A stretch of DNA of 64,000 nt, taken from positions 159,836,001-159,900,000 of the forward strand of contig OZ024741.1 in assembly GCA_964016885.1 (NCBI GenBank). Reading direction: 5' to 3'. The position numbers and the translations under genes were made by a program. How positions within the stretch are numbered: the stretch's first letter is position 1; each line of letters begins with the position of its first letter. Origin of the DNA: Eledone cirrhosa (Eukaryota). Shown piece after piece: positions 13,101-24,610 of the stretch. Below the pieces are notes generated by a model that was not told where the DNA came from, made no database searches, and saw only the letters and a program-made list of their open reading frames with translations.

Positions 13101-13403
13101 GCAGCGTCTGTGCGAGACTCTGCCTAAACAAAGCTGGACTCGAAAGTCATCTTCGCAGTCATAAAGTAAGACCAGTGGTTGGCTACCAGGCTGCTGTTGG
13201 AGATGCTACTCATCAAGCTTGCCAAACATGTGGTAGAGAATGTAAATCAGCAGGAGGGCTCAAGCGACATGCAAAAGTACACGATCTCCAACCACAGCCG
13301 ACTATTCCCAGTGAATGTTTTGGTTGCCGACTCTGTGCAAGACATTTTAGATCATTGGCTGGGCTAAAAAGCCACATTCGATCGCAGCGCTGTTAGTTGC
13401 TAT
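10123..13403 (+). mobile_element. RTE-clade LINE (APE + RT single ORF), degenerate
   Basis: APE N-half: WNVRTL, IVALSETR, GVGFAV, VLGDFNARVG. RT: SPGMDG, NYRGISLL, ESQSGFR, FVDLTKAFD, GVKQG, LLYADD, YLGS. RTE-typical tail: LRWSGH..R..DSRIPKQLFYGEL..GKR. Confidence 0.9.
10131..13396 (+). pseudogene. RTE ORF split into three frames: APE fragment (10131-~10760), RT (to ~12925), C-terminus with 3 C2H2 zinc fingers (to 13396)
   Basis: ATG at 10131 is in the frame of ORF 10083..10784. The frame change at ~10757 coincides with loss of the APE C-half. After a second frameshift near 12925, the frame reading DTWENIAADRNKWRKTVYEG... runs directly into ORF 13040..13396. Confidence 0.85.
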
Positions 13404-13497
13404 AGTGTGTATGTGTGTATGTATAGATATGTTTATGTGTGTGCGTGTATGTGTATATAAATATATGTATATGTATATTATTATTGTTGTTGTCGTT

Positions 13498-16400
13498 CGA
13501 CGACCAGCCGAAGGGACGATTCAACGGTCCCTTCACCAGACGATCAAGTGAAAAGGGATGGAAAAACCATCCCTCCTCTACGAAAAGTACGGTAAGTGGT
13601 CTTTCCCATCTTTTCCACTCTATTTTAAACATGACCTCACTCAGAATAGGCAGCATAAATGCGCGTGGCTTGGGGTCGTCATGGAAGCATGGTCACCTGC
13701 TCAACGACCTCAGGTCACTAAAATAGATGTAGTGGCTATCAGCGAGACCAGAATCTCAGAAGCACGGGTCTTCGCACCGATCTTCGGCGGCTACGATGTG
13801 TACGCATCTCCCAGCCGTCCTGGATCGGGGGGAGGAGTTGCTGTGCTTTTTCGGAGAGGTTTGGATCTCGCCATACGGGCCATCTTCCTGGACCCAGAGG
13901 GTAAGTTGGTGGTGCTGGACGTGACCAGCGGAGACGGGCAAGCTTTCAGGCTAGTGGCCGTCTATGCCCCGACAGGAGCAGGGCGGCCTGATTTCTTCCG
14001 GCGTCTGGAGACCTTTCTTGGAACGTCCCGCTCTTTAGTGTTAGTGGGCGACTGGAACGGGATCTTAGATGCACGCTGGGACTGTGTGGGATTAGCGGAT
14101 AGGGGTGGAGGGTGCAAGAGCCTCACCAACCTGCTCATGCGTTTTGAACTGTCTGACAGGTACCGATTGGATTTCCCGAATGTGCCAATGTGGACTTGGA
14201 CAAATCGCATAGGGTCATCCAGATCATATCTAGATAGAGTATTTTGTAGGGAAATAGATAGGTCTAGCATAGGCTGCCCACAATTCAAGATAGTCAGCTA
14301 CACGGACCACAAATTCGTGATCTGTGTGCTTGACTTAGATAGGCTTCATAGACGAGGACCCGGCTACTGGAAGCTAAACGCGTCCTTACCAGCGCGCAAG
14401 GCCTACAGAGACCGGATTAGCGAACTAGTTAAGCGGGCGTTGACGGGGGCCATCGTCAACAACAAGTGGTGGTTTGCTCTGAAAAGAGCGATGAGAATAG
14501 AATCGATTAGGTTTAGTAAGGCTTTAGCAATAGAGAAAAATAGAGCAGAGGGAGAACTAGTTAGAAAATTAGACGAGGCGCTTAGCAAAGGCATTGTGAC
14601 CGACGTGCTTGCGGCGAAATTGGCCCTTGACCAATTCTTCAATGCAATTCTTCAATGCAATTCGCCACTGAGGCGAGGTGTTGCGAAAAGCCGATAACAG
14701 CCGCTGAAGTAAGGGAGGCAATGATTGGCTGCACAAGGGGTAAATCGCCTGGTTTGGATGGTCTGCCCTATGAACTTTACGTACAGATGCCAGACTTGTT
14801 CGGAGGCCTCTTGGCGGACGTCTACTGCAACTGGCAACAGAACGGGAGAATTCCCAGTTCTGTGAGCCGAGGGGCGGTGGCACTGCTAAGAAAGGATCCG
14901 AACAAGGGGGATAACATAGATAATTTCCGGCCCATAACTCTGCTAAACACAGAGTTCAAGATTTTGGCCAAGGTGCTAGCAAAGAGGTTGGCGCTTGTCG
15001 TATGTGGATCTGGGGGGAGAGGCGCAGACATGCGCCATTCCCGACAGATCCATCCAGGACAACCTCCACCTCATGCGATACATCGTAGAGAGGGTAGCTA
15101 GGGAACCTGGCACGGGTGGGTCCTTGATCAATTTAGATCAGTCGAAAGCTTTCGATAGGGTCGACCATCGTTACCTAGCGGCAGTCCTGAGGGCGGCTGG
15201 CTTTGGCCTCGTCTTCAGAGGCTGGATCGCTGCCATGCACAGCGACATCTGCTCTGTGGTGAGAGTGAACGGTCACCTGTCGGAACCGTTCAACATCCTG
15301 CGCTCGGTCCGCCAAGGATGTCCCCTCTCGTCCCTCTTGTACGTATTGACTCTCGAACCATTACTGCACAAACTGGAGACGTTGAGGGGCGTCCCGCGCG
15401 AACTAGGATGCGGAAGATCCGTGTCAGCATATGCGGACGATGTCACCGTAGTGGTGTCGAACGCCAAACACATCGAGGCGATCGGCACTACACTAAGAGA
15501 ATACGAAGCGGTGACAGGAGCAATGATCAACCAGGAAAAGTCAGTGGGCCTGCAGCTCGGCACCTGGAGAGGCAGGTCCATGCCGTCCACCAGCGTTGTC
15601 GGACGCTGGACGGACGGACCGGTTAAATTGCTAGGGGTCTGGTTCGGTCCGGACCTCCAGACGGACAAAAACTGGGACGAGGTGACGAGCAGGGTGGCTT
15701 CTCTCACCCAGAAATGGGCGGAGAGGAAGCTATCCCTGAAAGGTCGAGCGGAGGTGGCTAACGCGTACATCGCGTCTGTCATCTGCTACCGCCTGACCGT
15801 CGTACCTTGTCCTAAGCCTCGCCTGACTGCGCTGGAGCGTTTGCTCTTTCGCTTTTTGTGGAAGGGACACGCTCCGATGGTCAGGCGGTCCATCTGTTGT
15901 CAACACCCGCTACGTGGAGGGCTGGGCATGCCGTGGCTGATGATGCGCAGGCACGCGCTCAGGCTACGACATCTCCACCTCTTCCTCGACGGTGATCAGG
16001 TGTGGTCGCCGTTTGCTAGACACGTTTTTCCCCAGCTCGTTAGCTTGACGGAGCTGCAGTCCTGGGTCAAGCGAAGACCGAGAGGTAGCGCCTGGAGACT
16101 GGAATGTCTTCAGGCGCTCACAGCCCTCGACCAACCGGGCAATGTGATCGGTGGAAACTACACCTCGGCGTTCTATAGAGGATTAGTGGAGGGGAAGAGC
16201 GACGACGTACTTGGGGAAACTCTAGGCGTCGACGAAAATCAACTAGCCAATCTCTTCGGAAGAACTTTCGGGCCAGGGCCTATGGACAACTTCCAGAAAT
16301 CTCTGGCCTGGCAGTGCTACCGAGGAGCCTTGCCAGTTCGGGATAAACTCTACAAGCATGGAGGTGCCGTCAGCCTGGCATGTCCGAGATGCGCGCAGGG

Positions 16401-17051
16401 CGACGAAACCGTCCTGCACGCACTCGTCCAGTGTCCCAAAATTGCTGACTTGTGGGTTTATGTTGAACACCTGCTGTCGCGTGTAGGACGGATCCAGCTA
16501 TTATCTGGGTCCATCGTGAGGATTGCCCCGCCCTCCTCCTTTAGCCGGGAAGGGCAGGTAGTTTTTATCTGTCTGGTGGCCATGGCGAAAGAGATAGTAT
16601 GGTGGACACGTTTGAAAGGGCTGAAGACGAGCACTTACCTCTTCGGTGATGCTCTGATTGACTTTTTCAAATTTCATTTGAAAAGGAAAATCAGAGTAGA
16701 GAGGGAAGTGCTCTCTTCCCAGCATTTTGTTGAAAGATGGGTGAGAGAAGCAAGAATGGCCCGAGTGAATGGGCCTACTCTGAGTATATATCTGTAAATT
16801 AAAGGTGGAAAACTGGGAGAGGGCACTTGCCTTGGTGGTCAGGGTCATTGTGGCCTTTTACTGGGCTTTCTCCACAAATGTCCCTCCGAAGTCTCCCCCC
16901 CCATCTTGGGGAATTTTTCATTGTTATTTTTTGTTACATCCTCTGTTTTTTGTTTTTTACACGCAGAAATGCCCATTTGTACCGTCCTGTATTGTCCTGC
17001 ACTGTCCTTAATGTCTACTTTATGTAAACCCTTGTGGTTAATAAAGAAATC
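13498..17051 (+). mobile_element. Tx1/L1-clade non-LTR retrotransposon, 5'-truncated (ORF1 essentially absent), with 18-bp target-site duplication
   Basis: ATTATTGTTGTTGTCGTT occurs at 13480-13497 and 17052-17069. The 3' end carries AATAAA (17040-17045). ORF2 has L1/Tx1 motifs. Confidence 0.9.
13631..16797 (+). pseudogene. Tx1-like ORF2 (APE-RT-CCHC) with frameshifts at ~13720, ~14645 (deletion junction) and ~15005
   Basis: MTSLRIGSINARGL; VAISETR; VYAP; LVGDWN; SYLDR; TDH; GPGYWKLN; KSPGLDG; NFRPITLLN; LDQSKAFDRV; SVRQGCPLS; AYADD; GGLG; CPRC..ETVLHALVQC, distributed over four ORF-track fragments. Confidence 0.9.
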
Positions 17052-17157
17052 ATTATTGTTGTTGTCGTTATTATTATTGTTGTTATTATTATTATTATTA
17101 TTATTGTTATTAATGTATATGTGTGTGTGTATATATGTGTGTGTGTATATATGTATA

Positions 17158-17230
<73 letters not shown>

Positions 17231-17234
<4 letters not shown>

Positions 17235-17652
17235 AGTGTAATTTTCTACACAAAGCGAAGGTTATAGAGAAAATTGAGGTTGGTAATGGCACATGGAATA
17301 TATAAGAGACAGAATACTTTTTTGTGAAAAAACATAATTTTATAAGGTAAGGAAATAATAAAGGGTATAAAAAATGACCGGTTTCGATGGGTCTGCAAAA
17401 GCCATCTTTTCAAATGTTGATTAATATTAAGAAAAATTAATAATACGAAGAGTTAAAATTTGAGACTTGAAAATTCAAGTATAAAATTCATTGTGGGATT
17501 TCATAGCAGTTTTCATCTTGGTAGCAACAACAGGTTGACTGCTGTGTCCCTTTCTGGTAGTGAATGAGAAGTTATTTGGGGTGTGGGTTATTTTATAAAG
17601 GTCAGATTTAGCAATCGCCAGCTGCTGGTCAGTGAGGGGGTGGAAGCAATAA
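17231..17652 (-). mobile_element. Penelope-like terminal fragment inserted in (TA)n, containing a hammerhead-like motif
   Basis: Bounded by (TA)n on both sides and absent from the paralogous copy of the site at ~17900. Carries the hammerhead motif at 17419-17370. Confidence 0.5.
17370..17419 (-). ncRNA. Minimal type-I hammerhead ribozyme-like motif (U3-A8 core variant)
   Basis: - strand: CAACAT TTGAAAA GATGG-cttttgcagac-CCATC GAAA CCGG TC ATTTTT. It has a 5-bp stem II, a palindromic ACCGGT stem III and a GUC cleavage triplet; stem I has mismatches. Confidence 0.55.
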
Positions 17653-18030
17653 TATATATATATATTTCTTTTTTTAATTTTTATTTTATTTTTTATTTAT
17701 TTATGAATTTTTTTTTTCTCCTCGTGCAATGGCCATACTCGATAACGATGGGGCAGCCATCATGTATGTATGTATGTATGTATTATATATGTATTATTGT
17801 TGTTGTTGTCGTTATTATTATTGTTGTTATTATTGTTATTAATGTATATGTGTGTGTGTATATATATATATGTGTGTATATATGTATATGTATGTGTGTA
17901 TATATATATATTTCTTCTTTTTATTTTATTTTTTATTTATTTATTTATTAATTTTTTTCTTCTCATCGTGCAATGGCCATACTCGATAACGAAGGGGCAG
18001 CCATAATGTATGTATGTATGTGTGTATGTA
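17652..18030. repeat. 244-bp-period local duplication containing a GGCCATACTCGATAACGA(T/A)GGGGCAGCCAT-(ATGT)n motif
   Basis: GCAATGGCCATACTCG at 17726 and 17970, each preceded by a T-rich tract. 17790-17910 also matches 17052-17175. Confidence 0.9.
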
Positions 18031-18849
18031 TGTTCTTCTGGTTTTATAATTTAATAAATTTTTACCTATAGAGAGAGAGTCGGTTTCTAACATAGATACA
18101 AGACTCTTATTGAAATTTAAACATCAACTAGGTAGATATGTATGTATGTCTGCATGTGTGTGTGAAGGTATGGATTTTAATGTATGTGTGGATGTGTAAG
18201 TTTTGAGTTATATGTGTGCATGTGCATATGCTTTGTATCTATATATGTGTATATGCAATTATTCGATGTATGTAGGTATGTATGTGTGTGTGTGTGTGTA
18301 TGGTTACTCAGTCGTTATGGGTAAATATGTGTGTATATATGTATATATATATATATACATGTGTGTATATATATATATATATGTATATACAGATATATCC
18401 ACCAATTAATGGTAGGGTCTAAACCGTATGAAGAACTTAATGTAGTCCGTATGTAGATGTGAAGCAAAGTTTAAAATACAAAATTTTCAACGATATAATT
18501 CATTGGATAATATATTACAAAATGTCATAGTAAGAAAATATGCATACGTCTTCACTACCCGCCGTCTTCAGAAAAATATTTTGTAATATATTTTACGTAG
18601 ATCAATAATAGAATGGACATACGGAGAACTACCCCCCCAGAAACGATCGTAAAATAATGAGTTTTACGATGAATTCACCGTTTTTTGTTTAATTTCATTG
18701 TTTTACTATTTGTATATATATATATATATATCCAAATTCAAATTCAATAAACAGACCAGGATTTTTTCATTCTGAGGATTGAAAGCAAAATCTTTTGCTT
18801 TTAAGAAACCACTGGTAAATGGAATAATTGCCTTATGTTGTTTATTACA

Positions 18850-18852
<3 letters not shown>

Positions 18853-18909
<57 letters not shown>

Positions 18910-19944
18910 AGTGTGTGTGTGTGTGTGTGTGTGTATGGTTACCTCAGTCAATCAGTGTAAATGCGTAGGTGTATGCATAAATGTCGGGCTGTATGTTTGT
19001 CAATCTGCCTGCCTTTCTATGCCTGTCTCTATGTATGTATGTATGTATGTATGTATGTATGTATGTATGTATGTATGTATGTATGTATGTATGTATGTAT
19101 GTATGTATGTATGTATGTATGTGTGTATGTGTATATGTATGTATGTATGTATGTATGTATGCATGTATGTATGTATGTATGTGTGTATGTGTGTATGTAT
19201 GTATGTATGTATGTATGTATGTGTGTGTGTATGTATGTGTGTATATGTATGTGTGTATATGTATGTGTGTGCATGCGTGTTAAACAATTTATCCCCCACA
19301 TCTCCAATATTTTTAGGGTCCTGCACAAATTTTTTTTATCTCTCTTTGATAATTTATCACTCCACACCTCTCAAACTATCTTCCCCTTCTTCCCACTTCT
19401 AATCTCCTCCCCCCACATTTTCTCTCTTTCCCCTCATACTTTTCTCCCACTGCCGCCCCTCTCTATGTATCTCAGCCTTTATCTCTTTATTAAGATTTAC
19501 TACCCATTTCTATCACGACAGCTCCTCTCCTCTCGCTTACATCACCAGTTCACCTTTCACCTTATGACATATTGGCATCACCACCTCTCTCATTCTCATC
19601 TTCCTCCCCCTTCGAACGCCCCCTCATTTCTCTTGTGTCTCCCCCCTCTCTCTCTCTTGTGTCTCCCCCTCTCTCTCTCTCCTTATCTGCTATCTGCATT
19701 AATGTATATATATATATATAAATGTATATATATATAAATGTATATATATATAAATGTATATATATATATAAATGTATATATATATATAAATGTATATATA
19801 TATATATATAAATATAAATACCTATATATATATATAAATGTATATATATATATGCATATACATATATATGTATACAAATGTCTATATGTATATACATATA
19901 TATATATAAATGTATATATGTATAGATACATATAAATATGTATC

Positions 19945-19978
<34 letters not shown>

Positions 19979-20095
19979 TACGTACATGTATGCATACATA
20001 TATATATATAAATATATATACATAAATAAATATACACATATACATACATACATATATACATATATATATATTTATAGTTATATATTATATAATAT
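18853..20095. repeat. Compound microsatellite field: (TA)n, (TG)n, (TATG)n, pyrimidine-rich tract, TATATAAATG-type repeats
   Basis: Direct inspection. Confidence 0.9.
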
Positions 20096-20310
20096 CTAAC
20101 ATTTCGCATGACACAAGGCACCTTTAACCTCTTACCACTCCCCACACCCTACTCTCTCACACCTTCCATCTTTCCATCTCCTTCTCCTCACACACTCCCT
20201 CCACCTCAAGCACCTTCACACACCCACATTTCACACATTTACACAACCGACATTGTATAGTTGTGTTTTCTTACCTAGGCCTCCACCGGGTTAGCTGATG
20301 GCGGTCAGAA

Positions 20311-23300
20311 TACAGTCACACGGGATGTAGTGACATATAGCCACACCGGATATAGCCACACCGGATATAGCCACACCGGATATAGTCACACCGGATATAA
20401 TCACACCGGATAGAGTCACACTGGATATAGTCACACCGGATAGAGTCACACCGGATATAATCACACCGGATAGAGTTACACTGGATATAGTCACACCGGA
20501 TATAGTCACACCGGATATAGTCACACCGGATAGAGTCACACCGGATATAATCACACCGGATAGAGTTACACTGGATATAGTCACACCGGATATAGTCACA
20601 CCGGATATAGTCACACCGGATAGAGTCACACCGGATATAATCACACCGGATAGAGTTACACTGGATATAGTCACACCGGATATAGTCACACCGGATATAG
20701 TCACACCGGATAGAGTCACACTGGATATAGTCACACCGGATATAGTCACACCGGATATAGTCACACCGGATAGAGTCACACTGGATATAGTCACACCGGA
20801 TATAGTCACACTGGATATAGTCACACCGGATACAGTCACACTGGATATAGTCACACCGGATATAGTCACACTGGATATAGTCACACCGGATATAGTCACA
20901 CCGGATAGAGTCACACTGGATATAGTCACACCGGATATAGTCACACCGGATAGAGTCAAACCGGATATAGTCACACCGGATATAGTCACACCGGATAGAG
21001 TCACACTGGATATAGTCACACCGGATATAGTCACACCGGATATAGTCACATCGGATACAGTCACATTGGATATAGTCACACCGGATACAGTCACACTGGA
21101 TATAGTCACACCGGATATAGTCGCATCGGATATAGTCACATCGGATACAGTCACAACGGATATAATCACACCGTATATAGTCCACCGGATATAGTCACAC
21201 CGCATATAGTCACACCGGATATAGTGACACCAGATATAGTCACACCAGATATAGTCCAACGGATATAGTCACATCGGATATAGACACATCGTATATAGTC
21301 GCCCCGGATATAGTCACACCGGATTCAGTCACATCTGATATAGTCACACCGGATATAGTTACACTGGATATAGTCACATCGGATATAAGCACACCGGATA
21401 TAGTCATACCAGATATAGTTACACCGGATATAGTCACATCGGATATAGTCACATCGGATATAGTCACATCGGTTATAGTCACACCAATACAGTCAGACCG
21501 CATATAGTCACATCGGAAATATCACACCCGATATAGTAACATCGGATACAGTCACACCAACATGATCACAACGGATATAGTCACACCTGATACTTTCACA
21601 CCGGATATCCTCACACCAGATAGAATACTTCGGATATAGTCACATGGGATATAGTCAAACCAGATATAGTCACACCGGATATAGTTACACTGGATATAGT
21701 CACATCGGAAATATCACACCGAATATAATAACAACAGATACAGTCACAGCGATATAGTAACACCGGATATAGTCACACCAGATATAGTTACACTGGATAT
21801 AGCCAAATGGTATATAGTCACGCTGGATATAATCACACCGGATATATTCAATCCGGATATAGTCACACCGGATACAGTCACATGACATAGTCACAGCGGA
21901 TATAGTAACACCGGATATAGTCACAACGGATATAGTCACTTTTTGATATAGTCACTTCGGATATAGTCACACCGGATAGAGTTTCACCGGATACAGTCAC
22001 ACCAGATATATTCAAACCGGATATAGTCACATCGGATATAGTCACACCAGATGCAGTCACACCGGATATAGTCACACCAGAATAAACATACCGTATATAG
22101 TCACACCGAATATAATCACATCAGATATAGTCACACCAGATATAGTTACACTAAATATAGTCCCACCGGATATAGTCGCACCGGATATAATCACACCGGA
22201 TATATTCAATCCGGATATAGTCACACTGGATATATTCACACTTTTCATAGTCAAACTTGACTTCCTCGCATTGGAAATCGTGACACTGTATATAATCACA
22301 CCGGATATAGTAACACCGGATATAGTCACATCGGATATAGTCACACCGGATACAGTCACACCGGATACAGTCACATCGGATATAGTCACACCTGATACAG
22401 TCACACCGGATATAGTCACACAGGATATAGTTTCACAGGATATAGTCACACCAGATATAGTCACAAAGGATACAGTCACACCAGATATAGTCACAGGATA
22501 TTGTCACATCAGATATAGTCACACCAGATAAGTCACATTTGATAGAGTCACATCGTATATAGTCACACCGGATATAGTCACACATCATACAGACACATCG
22601 GATACAGTCACACCGGATATAGTCACATCGGATATAGTCACACCGGATATAGTCACACCGCATGTAGTCATACCGCTTATAGACACATCGGATACAGTCA
22701 CACCAGATATAGTCACACCAGATATAGTCCAACGGATATAGTCACATCGGATATAGACACATCGTATATAGTCGCCCCGGATATAGTCACACCGGATTCA
22801 GTCACATCTGATATAGTCACACCGGATATAGTTACACTGGATATAGTCACATCGGATATAGGCACACCGGATATAGTCACACCAGATATAGTTACACCGG
22901 ATATAGTCACATCGGATATAGTCACATCGGTTATAGTCACACCAATACAGTCAGACCGCATATAGTCACATCGGAAATATCACACCCGATATAGTAACAT
23001 CGGATACAGTCACACCAACATGATCACAACGGATATAGTCACACCTGATACTTTCACACCGGATATCCTCACACCAGATAGAATACTTCGGATATAGTCA
23101 CATGGGATATAGTCAAACCAGATATAGTCACACCGGATATAGTTACACTGGATATAGTCACATCGGAAATATCACACCGAATATAATAACAACAGATACA
23201 GTCACAGCGATATAGTAACACCGGATATAGTCACACCAGATATAGTTACACTGGATATAGCCAAATGGTATATAGTCACGCTGGATATAATCACACCGGA

Positions 23301-24610
23301 TATATTCAATCCGGATATAGTCACACCGGATACAGTCACATGACATAGTCACAGCGGATATAGTAACACCGGATATAGTCACAACGGATATAGTCACTTT
23401 TTGATATAGTCACTTCGGATATAGTCACACCGGATAGAGTTTCACCGGATACAGTCACACCAGATATATTCAAACCGGATATAGTCACATCGGATATAGT
23501 CACACCAGATGCAGTCACACCGGATATAGTCACACCAGAATAAACATACCGTATATAGTCACACCGAATATAATCACATCAGATATAGTCACACCAGATA
23601 TAGTTACACTAGATATAGTCCCACCGGATATAGTCGCACCGGATATAATCACACCGGATATATTCAATCCGGATATAGTCACACTGGATATATTCACACT
23701 TTTCATAGTCAAACTTGACTTCCTCGCATTGGAAATCGTGACACTGTATATAATCACACCGGATATAGTAACACCGGATATAGTCACATCGGATATAGTC
23801 ACACCGGATACAGTCACACCGGATACAGTCACATCGGATATAGTCACACCTGATACAGTCACACCGGATATAGTCACACAGGATATAGTTTCACAGGATA
23901 TAGTCACACCAGATATAGTCACAAAGGATACAGTCACACCAGATATAGTCACAGGATGTTGTCACATCAGATATAGTCACACCAGATAAGTCACATTTGA
24001 TAGAGTCACATCGTATATAGTCACACCGGATATAGTCACACATCATACAGACACATCGGATACAGTCACACCGGATATAGTCACATCGGATATAGTCACA
24101 CCGGATATAGTCACACCGCATGTAGTCATACCGCTTATAGACACATCGGATACAGTCACACCGGATATAGTCACATCGGATATAGTCACACCAGATACAC
24201 ACACCGGATACAGTCAAACCGGATATAGTCACACCAGATATAGTCACACCGGATATAATCACATCGGATATAGTCACACCAGATACAGTCACACCGGATA
24301 TAGTCACACCAGCTTTAGTCAAACCAGATATAGTCACACCGGATATAGTCACACCATATACAGTCACACCGGATATATTCACACCGGATATAGTTACAAC
24401 GGATACAGTCACACCGGATATAGTCACATCGGAGATAGTTACATCGGATACAGCCATACCGGATATAGTCACACCGGATATAGACACATCGGATATAGTC
24501 ACTCCGGAAACAGTCACACCTGATATAGACGCACCTGATATAGTCACACCGGATATGTTAACATCGGATACAGTCACACCGGATATAATCACACCAGACA
24601 TAGTCACACC
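20311..24610. repeat. 15-bp satellite (GTCACACCGGATATA)n with a ~1.46-kb higher-order duplication
   Basis: Period 15 throughout. The unique marker CTTTTCATAGTCAAACTTGACTTCCTCGCATTGG recurs at ~22241 and ~23699, and ORF-track copies are offset by 1458. Confidence 0.97.

Noticed and set aside
13040-13396. Stand-alone host C2H2 zinc-finger gene
   Set aside because: GTG start; the frame is continuous upstream with RTE C-terminal sequence, so it is part of the element.
6502-16848. Antisense and alternate-frame ORFs overlapping the retrotransposon ORFs
   Set aside because: Shadow ORFs without recognisable motifs.
18545-18572. Partial hammerhead-like cores (CTGAAGA on the - strand here; also CTGATGA at ~2703-2709 - and CTGATCA..CGAAAC at ~559-576 -)
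   Set aside because: Each lacks either the GAAA box or stem II; too degenerate to call.
20291-24607. Pentapeptide-repeat ORFs (VTISG)n, (CDYIR)n and (VTPDI)n
   Set aside because: The 15-mer is stop-free in four of six frames by construction, and indels switch frames freely along the array.
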